Shown here piece by piece: positions 46,401 to 60,200 of a stretch of 64,000 bases of DNA. A program made the position numbers and the translations under genes. Position 1 is the first letter of the stretch, and every line of letters begins with the position of its first letter. The notes below the pieces were generated by a model that saw only the letters and a program-made list of their open reading frames with translations, did no database searches and was not told the DNA's origin. Origin of the DNA: Phallusia mammillata (lineage: Eukaryota); assembly GCA_965637545.1 (NCBI GenBank), contig OZ281500.1, positions 744,001 to 808,000 on the forward strand, read 5' to 3'.

Positions 46401-49400
46401 CCAAAAATAAGTTTGAAATGAGTGATAAAAAGTCCACACTTATGTAAGAGACCAACATGATCTGGAAAATGACCAAGCAAAAGCGCAAACGAATATACAG
46501 TCAATAGGTCGTGTTCTTTTATATATCATCATGAATAATTATTACCACCGATTATGAAACAAATAAACAACATTTTTTGTATCCAGTGCAAAAGCCGAAG
46601 AAGTTTGTGGCGGATAAATTTAGATGTAAATTATAGTTCTGTGTTCAAATCTCTCTGCACGGCACTTAAGGTAACCCAGAGTTGGGTCGTGTAGCTGAAA
46701 GGCGTAAGTCGACGTTGACGATCAGCCAAGCAAGGAACAAACAGCTCAACTGAAATTATTAAGCGATCCGACGACTTCGCGCGGCGCATTAATTCTACGA
46801 AAAGCGCGATAGAGATTAAGCGTAACTTAATCTGCGGAGCTCGCGCTTCAACCGGCGTCGACGTGGCACAACCAAATGCCGACGCCGAATCAGCTGCAGT
46901 GTCGAGTTTTGCAGCGAAAAAGCGCGGGATCTTCACAGAAGCGGCAAAGCGAGATCAAATAGCAGCGCCCGACTTTAGAGAAACTAAATTAAGGCGAATT
47001 TAGTCTGGAGAAGTAATTACCACAGCCCGACAAGTCCCAAATACAGAACACTTAAGAAGTGGAGTGTTTTGTTTATCCCCGGTAAAAACGCCCCAAAAGC
47101 GGATCTCGGCCACAAAATTAACCACGCGCGCGTTTGTGACTGTTGCGTAACAATGTCAGCGACCTGGACGCTCTCCACAAGACCCGGCCACGCACTTCAA
47201 TCATCGAGAAGTTTCCTTACAATGCAGGTGGGGACGTGGGCCGGTCTGCGGTCTCATTGCCGCGGAAGATATGTATAACTCGCCAATCCACTCAAGTAGG
47301 ATGTTCCCAATTTGATTCGGAACGCGGCAATAAGCGTGCGACATTAAAACATCGTCAAGAGCTCGCGCGATTCGAATTGCGGCGTTCCATTGCTAAGTGC
47401 CCGAGCGCGGTTCTACACCACAATACTTGCTGGATCATCCCGATAATCAGCCAAGTAATATAATGTTGGGAGTCAACCCCAGCACTTATACACACACCCA
47501 CTTTGATGGTCTGTTACCCGATCCGGCTTCGCGACGTCTACACCTCTTTCGAAGATCGGGCATTGTGACGTCGGTCAGTAAACAATGGCCGTGGACGTCA
47601 TAGTTACGTGCGAGTTGCGGTGCGGGATAACAGGGCAGTGACGTGAGTAATGAAGTACTGAATTCCTGTGAGTTAGTGGGCCGGTTACCATGCAAAACCT
47701 GTTCTTCCATACAAGGTTGTGGGGCGGTTAAGTGGAAACGGGAGTTGGATGTTTTCTGGACGCAAACTTAAACAACAGCTGGTTCCTGTTCATGCTTATA
47801 TTCGGATGTTCCTCAACGTAGCTGAATGTTTAATACTACGTGCGTGCACAATACATGGCTCTGCCGCATGGAAATGACCCGCTGTGATTTTTCACGTGGT
47901 TGTGTTTACTAAAGTCGGCAAATCAAGTTACAGCCTAATTTGCAACATTTTGTAGAACGGTGCACTTTGTCTGATACGTGGTAATGCAAGTGCCAGTAGC
48001 AATTATAATGTTTGTAATATAGCGAGAATATGCCCTAAACCAATGTTTAAGTATCTTTCTTGACCAACACATGTTGTTGAACCCCGGAAAAAACCCTGTA
48101 TTGAATCAGAATTTCCAACCAGTCCCCAGGTTCGCCGAATTCGGATGGAAAGGATTATAATCCTATACTGTTGGTGAGAATCAATACACGGGTCTATTGC
48201 AGGGTGGACACGGTCGGACGAATAACAATCCACATTTCCAGCTTGGAATTTTGACGGAAGCACGCATAGGATCTTTGCCAAGAGGGAGTGTGCCGTTCCT
48301 GGGCGTTCGAACCTTTTGTGACGTGGCTCGATTTGGCGTTTTTGCGTCAACAGGCGTGGTACCTGACAATCCTATGTTGTCCTTGTACCGGGGCTGCGTC
48401 TGATTTATCGCTATTTATATATAATGGACCGTGTTTGGGAACGCCAGGTTTAGGAATTTGACCAAAGAAAGAGTTTAAAGTTAAATCTGTAAAGCTGCCC
48501 TGTATCGCCTGTACCTTTAGTGATGATAAAACGGTTGAAATTAGTTCATTTTTATGCATATGATATCGGTTGGTGAAATTGCAATCGACTTCTGAGGTAA
48601 CAGTTATGCGGTGGAACGAATCGGTAACACACGTCACAAGTTTAGATTCGCGCAGCAAAGCGCCTGGGTGAACCGCACAGTGAGGAATTTGTTTGTTTTT
48701 CTTCAGCCTGGAACGGAAGACGGATCCGTATCTATTGATGGATAATTAGATCTCCTTATCACGTCAAACTTCCACACACATCACGCTGATGCCCTTCATT
48801 CGCACAGACCACCCTTATACTCCACATTGACTGCGATTATCACTTGCAGATCCACTGGGCAGGGCGGATACGTGAAGTACCACGTGGTTTGCAGATATTT
48901 CGTTTTCCCGCAATTGACACCGGTTGAAGCGCGTGTGGTGCATCAAGCGACGCCAACGACACTTGAAGGCGAAATCATTATGCGCTGGCGGGTTGAAAAT
49001 AGCCCGACATCAGTGTGTTATGTGGTCGCAACACGCCAAACACGGCCATATAAAACTTTACGGTAGAAATCCGCAAAGCTGGCCGCCGTGAAGAGCCACG
49101 CATTAAGTAGATGCGACTGCGTAATAATTATTATTACGTGGTGTGACATTTCGGTCCGTCTGGCGTCTTGGTCAATTGAGCCACACCGCAAACCGAATTC
49201 GCAGCAGCCAAGGATTCCAAGCCATCCCTGGGTTGGTCTGTTGCTAGGCAACAACGCACCTCAAATCACAACCCAGAGCGACCAAAATTCCCGGGAGGTC
49301 CCAACCTGGGCGGATTCGAGATCCGGGATTAAACTAAAATAGTGGCGTAGAGGCACGGACGAACTGAGAACCTGCACAAATTGTTATGTCTAAGCCTGGG

Positions 49401-51752
49401 AACCCGGGAGACTGGGTGTAGCTTCGCAACAGTACAGTGGCAATAGCCATTGCCGCGACCTCAAACTGTTTTCAACCTACAGGTAAATGCACAAGAACGG
49501 ATAAAACCCCAAACCGGGAGGTCCAACCAAATCTGTCACAGATATCCGCGGAAAAACCTAAAATAGTAGCTCGGAAGCACGAAGGGCGTGTGCGGGGGTA
49601 AATATGTGTTTTTGTGTCGAAGCTTCCGTGACAAGTATAGCCGGAGCGATTAGCATATTTGAGGTAGTAGGGTTTGGTCGCCGGGACTTTCTCCGAATTG
49701 ATGTCAATTACGAGCGGGTTTTGGTTATAAGCCGCCACCGCAAGTGCCCAGTGAGCTCCGTACAGGGAGTTATTTCCGTGTTAACAAATGCGAGTAATTA
49801 CAAACTCTTGAATATTTCTAACCAAAATTATCCTGTCAGATTAGCAAGTTTTGATCAAATGTTTGAAGCAGCTCGATTTGTTGCCTCAAACACGTTATAT
49901 TTTACCCACAGTTAAATGTGATTTTGTATCGAGTAAATGTGCTTAAAATTGATTAGTTAAGCAGCAAAATTCAAATTGTAAATCTAAAATGTCATTCAAA
50001 GCAATTTACTGGTTGTTGACATTATTTCGCATTTAGTCCGCCCTCGAGTCGCACACATTTGTACAGATAAGAAAAGGTAAGCAAACAATTTGACCTGATG
50101 TCACCAGCAGAAACATATTGGCTACATTGAAACAACCAACCACAGTTGATTGGAAGTTTCTGGAACTGCTGCGTGATGGGGTCGTTCGGATACATAGAGA
50201 GCCTAAAATAAGTCTTTATTTCACGTGCGCGATGGAGAGAGATAAGCCGAACCAGTCGATCAACTACTCCCATAGTTTGTTGTGGAGTAATTCATCATCA
50301 ATATATTACATGGAATTTATGTTTAAACGTTGTGTAATTGTGAAACTTAGGAATAGCTTAGGAATACGCCCGATCTGTTGCAATTTAATAGCGCCCTCTA
50401 GTAAATGATCTTTTTTTACTTTTCCATCGACATCGTAAATAAATTTACATCGAAAACAAACAAACAAGTGACATTCGAATAACTTTTAGATGGTCTGTAT
50501 GGAAAACCATATGCTTTGTTCGGTAATCATCTCGACAATAGCTTATGACATCATCAGTGACGTCAACTCTTTAACAACCTGTGGACCAGAATATATTTGT
50601 CACATCCTATTCTGTATGTTTCCTTAGATGGTAACGCCATCGCAAGATTTCAACGATTGTGGCAAGGAAGACGCAGTTGAAAGTTGAAAAGGTCACTGAA
50701 TGGCAACAGCTTAGGTGAAATCAAGCGCAAACTTTCACCTAAATATCTGGCGATCAGCGAAAGGTTAACCTACACCGGACTTCACATAAACATCACAAGC
50801 ATAAGATCTAAACGGAAAATAAAGCTGTTAAGTTGACAATGCAAAACAAATCACGCCTGTGTAACGCTTTGCGGGCGGGAAGGGAAATACATTACCGATG
50901 TCTCACTGCACGTATTCTCCTAATGGCATAGTGCTGTGTGGAAGGCGAGATAAACCTTCATTAGCAGCACATGGCACACAGATGGGCAACAGATAACCGA
51001 ATAGTGGAGGAGTAGAGCGCGAGGAACCAAAACTTTTCGAGCAACAACTAAAACATGGATTTCAATTTCGAAGTGCGAGATATAGCTTGATATTTTATGA
51101 CCTCTCAAACCTTATACTTCCGTTCCCCATCAGGTGCAGATGAGGCTGCAGGTTGTAACTGGTATTGCATGATCAAATCATCATTAGCTGCAAGTGTGCG
51201 GCGTAAGTGATATGTAACGCACATTTAAAAACTCTCATAAAGGTTGCCAAAACACGTGCTTGCTGCATTTAGACGGGCTACTATGCCGCGTCGAGGAATA
51301 CCGGGAAATGATAACATCTCTGAAGAGTTTTTAAATGTATTCCTGTTCGCATTAGCCTACATATAACAGATTCTGTGAAGAGCATTCATATTAAACCAAC
51401 ATGTGTTGCTACTTTTTATGCTGGAACACAATTTCGTTTAGTTTTTGAAGCAAATAAGTGGACGATACTTGAAACAATAAACTAATTTGCAAGTTGAAGT
51501 TTGTGCGTAATTGTCATATTATTTCATTTGGTTTTAACCAGCAACGAATCCCGATCAAGGATTAGTTATGTCTGCCATGCGTAATTATCGCAGACACGTA
51601 AAATAAGCGTTCCCAACTCTACGACACCATCAAGCGGAAATTAAAAATAAAATCACCTAATATCAAAATTTGATTTAGGATTCTACAAGCTATTCGACGT
51701 AAGCTTAATTACAAGTTATTGCGGGTTAGTGCAAACTAACCTCCCCTATAAT

Positions 51753-51927
51753 CAGTGCTGGATTAAGGGTCTGCTGGCCTGTAGGCACATTTTATAAGTG
51801 GCCCGAAATTCAGGGTTGCCAACTAAAAAAATAGAATTATCAGTGTCGCCAAATCGCCAAAATGGCCTGGATTTTTGACTGGCCTGTTGGCACGTGCCTA
51901 CTTTGCCTAATGGTTAATCCAGCACTG
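51753..51927. mobile_element. hAT-type MITE
   Basis: TIRs CAGTGCTGGATTAA...TTAATCCAGCACTG; perfect 8-bp TSD cctataat. Confidence 0.92.
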
Positions 51928-52356
51928 CCTATAATGACCAACTAATCGTGAAAGCGAACAACTATCGTACGTTCCAGAAAAATACCAAAAAATAACCAAA
52001 GTGAAAAAAACGGGATCGCAGTTACGGTTCGTAAACTCCAGTTACATTGCTTTACGGCATTTTACAAAACAATTAGCAGATGTTGCTTCTTCCAAATTAA
52101 TCTCTGTGGTTTGGATTCTATTCTTGGTTGGTAAAAGTTGCCCTTATGCTATGCTTGAAGTGGAAAAATTGGAACCAAAAAGACGACTGCGCTGACTTCT
52201 TTGCTAATATCAGCTCTTTTAGCAGCTTGCATTTCTAGGCACAAGTGTAACAAGCCACCAGGCCCTGCTCTGATATAGCAAACCACAATTGAAACAAAAG
52301 CTGATTAAATATCAAAGAAAACCTATCTTTGCTTCTTGCTTGACAAACTACTAAAC

Positions 52357-52572
52357 CAGTAGTTCTCAAACTGTGCGTCGCGACGCCCTGGTGCGTCGTT
52401 TCAATTTTCAAAGGGCGTCGCAGAATATTTCCGTTTCGTAACTTTTTGTTGTTGTATCAATAAACACAACTTTAATAATACGTATCTTAATTAACTTTTA
52501 ATTGCTGGTGCGTCGCAAGTCCAGAAAACTTTCCCAGAGGCGTCGCAACAAAAAAAAGTTTGAGAACCACTG
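52357..52572. mobile_element. hAT (Buster/Charlie-like) MITE
   Basis: TIRs CAGTAGTTCTCAAACT...AGTTTGAGAACCACTG; perfect 8-bp TSD tactaaac; internal gcgtcgc repeats. Confidence 0.92.
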
Positions 52573-54281
52573 TACTAAACCAATACAGAACTGAATCTTG
52601 CTGAAAAGTTGCGCTTGCAAGGGAAGTATCTATTAGCGCGCACCGAGTGTACAAGGGAAAGTTACTCAGCGCGAAGTCGGCAAAACAACAAAACACGATC
52701 AAGTGAAGGCGAGAGGCAGAACAAGCACCGAAAGCGAAGGATGCGCGCAAAACCTCTGTTTGAGCAACAAAGTTTCCGGGTACCTGCTACTGTTGTGCAA
52801 GTTGGCATGGATTTTGGGGGTGGGGCGGGGGCGTGGTGCTTTTGGCAAAGGCTGAACGAGTTGAACTTGAAATTATGCTTGCAACTCTTGTTGTTAAAAT
52901 GAGGTAAACTCTTCAAGCTTCAAAAATGTGTTTCAATTTGAGGTTGTAAATATCGAGCAGGAAAATTTCGCCAACTTGAAAACGGTGAAATTCTAATACT
53001 GTAAATACATACCGATTGGACAAATTACAAGCGGTTCGGTAGAAAAACATTTATCACTTGTAAGACGGAGAGAAGTTGGTCAAAAACTTGACTGGGTTTG
53101 CCCAGATGCGAAACACAGCTACGTTCTTGGCGAATAAGCAGACGCTCGCAGATACCTTAAATAAAATAGGGAAAATACAGACGAAAAGAGGCGTTGAACT
53201 CAATAAATAAATCACGTGGCACACGAAAGTAAAACTGTTTGTATATGAAATAAGAAAATCCCCTTGATAGGAGGTCACGTGACATGGCGTGGAATTAAAC
53301 ACTTAGTACCAAAAAACGAGAGGATTTCATCAGAACGTGTAGTGAGTTTCTTCTGCTGTTTCCGATGCATGCTGAAGCCACTTATTCGTGGATTTGAAAT
53401 GTTTCAGTTCAGTTGACATGAAAAGTTTGTTGACACTAATACAATTAAATGCTGAAACATTCTACAAGATTTATGCGTAATGGTTCCAGTATTAATCAAT
53501 CTTGTTTCGAATGTGTTTGGCTTCCAGAGGCCAGTCTTTTTGGCGTTCAGAATTCCATTGTTTTTTGAGAGAGTTAGGAAGATGTTGCAAACATGAAACC
53601 TTCAAGGATCAAAGTCTGTTGCGAGGTTTTGTTTGTTAAAGCAAAGTTCGTAAGTTGGATAAAAAAAAGCAAAAAAACTTGTGCCTCTGATTTTCAGGCT
53701 CCAGCAGTGTAAGAAATGTCGCATCAGCAAACGTTACAGGCACCGGTGATGAAGTACAGGATGTAAAGGACAAATTATTATAAAGGAGGCGGTGAGCGGA
53801 TTGCCGAGCGAACGAAACAAGCAATTTGAGCACCAATGCGCAAGGTTATAATACATGTTCAATGGTTCACATTTAAACAGCACAAAAAATGAAGTAGAAA
53901 AATAAAAAGTCGCGCAAGCAGATTAGAAAAAATGGAAAATAAGAAAATGAGGATCAAATGACGTTTCAGCACCTCAACGTTGGTTCCAAAACTAGCGGAC
54001 TTGTTTCAAACTTCATGCGACTTGATACATGGAGAAGTTTATGGGTTTTAAAATTCAAAATTCCATTTTTTGTAGCACCTTGTACCATCTCAACTTCAAA
54101 ACACTAGATACGTGTAAAAGTTACTTTTTCTTTCCTTTATGTGAAGAATACATAAATGGATTTTGCATTTGGATCGCAGACCAAAATATTTCATATTCTC
54201 CGTCAGTTGTCTCATTCCCCTGAACAAGGTATGGGGTCCACGGTGTTCGATCTGCCAGGGACTGTTTAGATTAGACGAAGT

Positions 54282-57200
54282 TTATATCTCGATTTTGGGG
54301 TAACGTTTCCGTTTGATCGAAACGTTGTCTTTGAAAAATGCCGGATCCATCCTGGTTGAAGACGACACCAGGGGCATGTAACCGAAAAATTCGACAAATC
54401 TGCGGAAAAAGTATAAACATCACTTTATGGACGCAAGAACGGTTTCAGTAATAGATCTTGAACTGACAACAGCATTTTGCCTTTTTAGCAAAAAACACAA
54501 CATCTTGTTTGTCCCAGATAACAGCCCAGCTTATAAACACAAATACTGGAAATTGAGAAGCATAAGTGACACATATTCACCTAATTTGGTTTTAAAAGCA
54601 TCCTAACATTTCAACCTATGACAACAGTAATGATATTGGTTTGTTTGCCAGTTATGTTGATTTGTTTCATATCATTTCTCCGTTTTACTAATTGTAATCT
54701 ACTTAAATTGAATGACACCAAGTTACATGAAATAAAATCACATCAAAACCCATCACAATACGCCCGACCTAGAAAATTTAAACCGGATTTCGCTGGAGCG
54801 AGGAAGGTATTCGAACCATGACAGAAGACTATTAAGGGTTCACAGCTTTACCAAACTGAGCTTCACAGCTTTGGTGGTACACTGTGCCTGCTGTGTACGC
54901 CTTATATGCTGTACATATTAGCTACTCAGTGAAAATACAAAATTTATGTCAGAACGCCTCGGGGCAGATCCCAGTAATGAAATATGAAGTTCACGCGTAT
55001 AATTCACAGTTGTGGAGCGATTAAAGTAGATGCGACTTACTTTTGCATGCAGGTCTGCCGATCGGCGAAGTGTTGGGGGTCGGACCACATGGATACAACC
55101 CCGCCCGGAGCCGGTTTAGCTTGGCCTTGCTGACTTGTATCTTTATAATGCTTCTTTTGTGTAACTGCAACACACAATGCACACCTTGTTGTTACTGGGA
55201 TTAGAGAGCGGTGCGTGTACGGCATCGGATAACCGCAGGGTATTTACACGGCGCGTGTGAAGTGGTGGGACAGAACGCGCTTGGGGCACGCGGTGGGGTA
55301 AAGTTTTGGGGTTTGTGGGTGAAATTCGGCACCGGGAGCATATTTAGACAATCTACACAAAAACATCTAAAGTAGAGTGGGATGACAGATAAGATTGCAG
55401 GACAAAGTAAAGTGGTTTCAATTGGCGAGAATACATTACATCGTATCGTAATGATTTATCGCCACTTCAAGACACAAGGATTGTGGACAAAATACCCTAC
55501 TCAAATTAGGTTCATTATGTCATGCTTTGCAAATTATCAGAATTTAAAACATAAAAACAAAGCACTTGGCGAAAACTGAAAAGCGGACTTGAATAACGTT
55601 ACATCATCAACAGACAACTTATGACTGAAAGTGACGAAAAGTGACATTTCGGTCAAAGGTATTTCGCTTCAGTCATTCACAAATTAGCAACTCAACACTC
55701 GGGACCACGTAAACCGCAAATACGTTTGCCACGTGAATGTCGCGCACCAATGCACACGATATCATCGTAGTTATAAAAATGTCGTCACATTTTAGTCTCG
55801 GTGCAGCGCTGCGATGAACCGTGTTAAAGTATAAATAATTTCTGGGTCAATTTCGTGACAAAGCGGGCGAGTGCAACCGACAATGGACAAGAATGTTGTC
55901 GCTCTACACATTGTATGTTGGGCCACACCTTGCGATGGGCGCATGTTATGGATTGCAACATCAGTGAAAAGAGAGTGGCGGTGTCCCACACAAAGCGCGA
56001 TTGTTTTCTATGCATTATAATTGTATTTTCTACCAACGTTTCGACGTCCTATACAGGTCGCCTTCATCAGGGTAAATAATACTATACGCGCGTAGTAAAG
56101 TGTACGATAAACAAGGGAAAACAATTAAACGCAAGTTTTGCCGGGAGATCTCTATGATTTTGATATTATGCCTGGCAGCAAAAGCTTATACGTTATTCGA
56201 GTTTTACTGTACTATTCCAAAAAACATTCCGTCACGTGTAGATAAAACGCATTAGACATTGGCTTTATATTTGTGCCAACCGAACATGTATACCACAATT
56301 CCAAAAATACTCTAGACATCAGGTCATGGAGAGCGGAGTGGTCGAGATTTTAGGCGCTGTTTCACGCACGGGGGGTTATGTACATAAATATGTCGGGGTT
56401 GAAATGTAAACAAAGGGCAGGGTGGCCGGTTTTGGCGTTGAGTGGTGCAGCGTAAAAGTGAGGTTTGTTCGACCTTTTTCGGGGACATTGTATGCTGTAA
56501 TTCGTACTCCGACAATTTGCTTAAATCAGAGTCTTTTTAAACGCTTTAAGCTAGCGACATGTTGACCAACTAATCACGAAATTTTTCGCAGGATAAAAAC
56601 AGGACAAAAATACTAAACGACGTTGAACAAAACTTTAAGTTGCAACTTTCATGTGGTTGATGAGATCTTCGGTAACAATTAACTTTGAATACAGTTTGAC
56701 AGTCACTGTTAAATGTGAATAATTATTTTGTAATTGCACTTGTTAACTGAATTTAGTTGTTTTATGCCAACATAATATGTTAAAATCATTAACAGCGACA
56801 TAACTGCATAAAAACATGGGAATAACGTCACCAGCGGAAGTATAAATTTCAGAGTTGGATGACGAATTCCCTTCAGTGGTTTGAATAATCGAATTACAAG
56901 GCAACGAACATTCGAAGCGAAAAATCTGTTTTATTTCTGTGGTGAACCACTTCTATCAATTCTACAGGGGTTTGGCGTTCGATGGCGAGGGAATAAAACG
57001 AAATCCCGCGACAAAAGATAAAACCGCAAAAGAAAAACCGCGGATTCCCAAATATAACCTCCAGGTCGGTTTGCCACGTTCAAAATTGTCAGCATGAGTA
57101 GGTTGGTTTTGAAGGTAAGAAACTGGTTGGGATTGTTAACTAATCACCACAAGATTGTAATATTCGAAGGTTGGTTTCTGAAGCTTACCTTTGATTGGTG

Positions 57201-60200
57201 GGCGGCCTGTCACGTGAGAAACGAGCATGTTCATGAGGATATCTTCACAATTACTCAGGTCGTCAACAATGGCGCGAGTCGATGCCGGTAACCACTCCGA
57301 GTACAAGTTGAAATAATATCTTTGAAAATAGAAAATAAAGTCAGGATAGAAAGCAAACACAAGACTATATTGCGTTTTGTCGAAACTACATTTGCAACAA
57401 AACTAAACAAGAAGAAAAGTCTTTTTGCATTTTTTCATGTGTGGGTATGCACACAACCTCCTTGAGTACACGGAGGGCCACTTTGAGCAACACTAGATGT
57501 GCACGCTGTGGTCACACAACAGAATCTTTGTGTGCTAGCAATTAATAATATGGATAAGTTTGGAATCGCATCTCGTTACACAGATGATAATAAATACCTA
57601 TGAACGAAGGCTGCTCCGGTTAAAACCATGCTGTATGAGTTCGACCACTTGGAGGTGTAAACCCATCTCTTCTTCGCCACGTCCCAGAAGTGACTTCGGG
57701 CTGGAAATCCGACGATCCGGTCGGGAAAGTTCCGCCAAACTTCAAACGCAAAGTCGATCTGAAAAATAATTTCAATTAATTTGTTTGCTCGAAAATTACG
57801 AGCAACAACAGCCAGATTCGAACATCAAACGCGTACCGTCGTTTCTGGGGTGAAAAGAAATTAAATGCTTGGGGTTGATTGGTAAAGCAAATGTCGCGTA
57901 GTCAATCTGTTATAATAAATTGTGTCCACCCTTTAAGTTGTCATACCTTTATTTATATGCATCAGTGTTTTATTTTATGCATGAGTGAAATTATTTACGT
58001 TGATTTATTTTGCCATGTGGCGGTTTGCCAAAGTGTTTCAGTTTAGAACTTGACCTTGTGTTAGCGTTGAGCTGTTTGGCTGACGTTAACTTCTACATTG
58101 ACTTGTTTGCTATATGCTGTATTTGTTTATTAACTATATACTTTATTTTTATTTGAATACGAATGTGCTGAACTTGTATTGTGAATAACTGAAAGAGTTT
58201 CTGTGATCAAAGAGAAATACTTAAAAGTATTTTCAAAAACACTCCATGAACGCAGACTGCAATTCAACTGTGGCATAAATTTCAATGGAGGCGTTGAAAA
58301 GAGAAACTACTGAAAGGTTCGCCTGCTCTACTCCAAGAAAGATTGACCCCGTGCACGGGTTGTTCAATGCCAGGAAAAGCGTGAACGGATTTGTCGAACA
58401 TTTATACTTGTCCATATACAACATCGCGTCAACGGGCTGACGTAGATGTGACGTCACATGCGTATGGAATGTCAAAGTGATTTATTGCCTTGCGCCAAGA
58501 GTCGGCCTTTTGAGGCGATATTCTGTATTCCCCAAGCGAGCTTGAACTTCAAAACACGAAATTGATGTAAAGTCTTAGGTCAAAAAAATAACGATGAATA
58601 GATGAGTGGGTTTGAACAGTGATACATATATATATAAATGAATTAACTTAATAAACACAACCGACTGGTTTTGCATTCATTTGTTCAATCAATGTGACTC
58701 TGTCTAGTGATGCCATTAAAATTACCAAAGTAATTGTATTAGTTGTGTTGAGAAAATGGCAACACCCTAATCTTCAATTAGTTTTAGGTGAAGGAATATC
58801 TTTCGACTTGACTTTCGTAGGTTTGTTTAAGACATTCGGTTGCGTAGAATGCTTTCTACTATGTTTGCGGATGTAATCTGGGCACTCACGAAACTGTTTG
58901 GAGTTACGTAAGTTTCAGCGTGGGCCGAGGCTTACCAGTTGATGCGTGTCGAGCATTAGTAAGGCCAGTACTGGGTCACAGACAGCCTGCACTTGAGACG
59001 GAAGACACAAAACCACAACTTAATCAACAAAACGAGCAACGACGCCGTTGAATTATTGATGGTGCCCTGATCAAAATGCGATTTCAGCAACTCTATATTT
59101 GCATATAGTTGACTAACCGGTGTTCTGGGGCGGGTTCGTTTTATATCTGACAGGTTGAAAGGTAAGAGCTTGTTATTTTTATTGGTGACATTTAAACAAA
59201 AACATACCAATCTGTTTCAGTTCATCATTTAGGAGAGTTTTTTTGGCTATGAAACGATACGGTCGTCATGGAGCGTGAAAAACAAACGCGGTCAGACAGT
59301 GAAATGGTTTGTAGACGAAACAAACAGACATCGGTTCCATCGACTTTCGGCCAACTTTCGGCCAGTGATAAGCGCAGCACAGATTAGCAAAACGTCGGAA
59401 ACCAAGCTTAGCTTAAAGTTCGCGGTTAAACTGGTATCTGTGCAAGCAGGATGATATATTGCAGCGCCTGCAAAGTTTCAACGCAAACTAATAACACAAC
59501 GGCGGAAAACGCAGAAGTGCTGGAGTTCGGGAAAGTATTAAAAAAACTCGGGAATCGATGGATCTAATAATCGCGTCACATCTGTGTGACGTCACGAAAA
59601 GGGACGTTTGATCATGTACTTTGGTCAGTACAGTCGTTTTCTCATTTTGGGGCCTGAGGGTAAACCGCTGGGTTTTTGGGGGTCAAACTTCAAGGGGATC
59701 AAATTCCGATTAATATCTAACATCTGTCCAAATATGAAAAAAATTAAAGCACTCTTTCTTGACCAAACGCGTATAACAATCCAGCGTTAGAAAGCAAAAT
59801 GAAAAAATACCAGCAGAAACAATATGTGTCCCCTTCAGTAAAATTACGCGTTCGACCATCAATCCAACACATCAATTTACATCTACTTGCCTCTTGAACA
59901 TTAAGCGTCGTATCGTCGTCCAGACTCAATACTGAGTGATATCGAATATTCTGGAAGGGAAAAAACCTCCTGCCGATCACTTTGGGCGAGTCTTCTATCA
60001 CCTCAATGGGGATTTCCTCACGTTGCATCGATAAAACTTTCCACCGTGATGACGGGGGCGGGGAACTCCCGCTGTGCCATATAATGATGATCTACAAGTG
60101 AACAATTGTTTGTTTTAATGTGGATATAGAAACTGTGTTGTAAACTTAAGGTTGCGTTGTTAGTTTATTTCCTGTTTAGGACTGATGACGCGAAATGGAT

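Noticed and set aside
47903-47947. Minus-strand CCKLGC, relaxin A-chain-like
   Set aside because: A stop follows before a correctly spaced fourth Cys and no B chain was found; a manual scan of 32-54 kb gave no second insulin-family gene.
49660-49696. TGAGGTAGTAGG, identical to the first 12 nt of let-7, with a downstream ACTTTCTCC resembling a 3p end
   Set aside because: The possible hairpin is only about 37 nt with no full 3p arm, and no miR-125/miR-100-type neighbour was found; probably chance.
50711-50742. Perfect 10-bp hairpin TTAGGTGAAA...TTTCACCTAA
   Set aside because: Too short for a pre-miRNA, no TSD, single copy.
58464-58482. TGGAATGT, miR-1-like seed
   Set aside because: No complementary 5p arm upstream.
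19987-59594. Five perfect CRE palindromes TGACGTCA (19987, 39066, 50558, 58449, 59587)
   Set aside because: Dispersed, one inside coding sequence; may reflect genome-wide composition.
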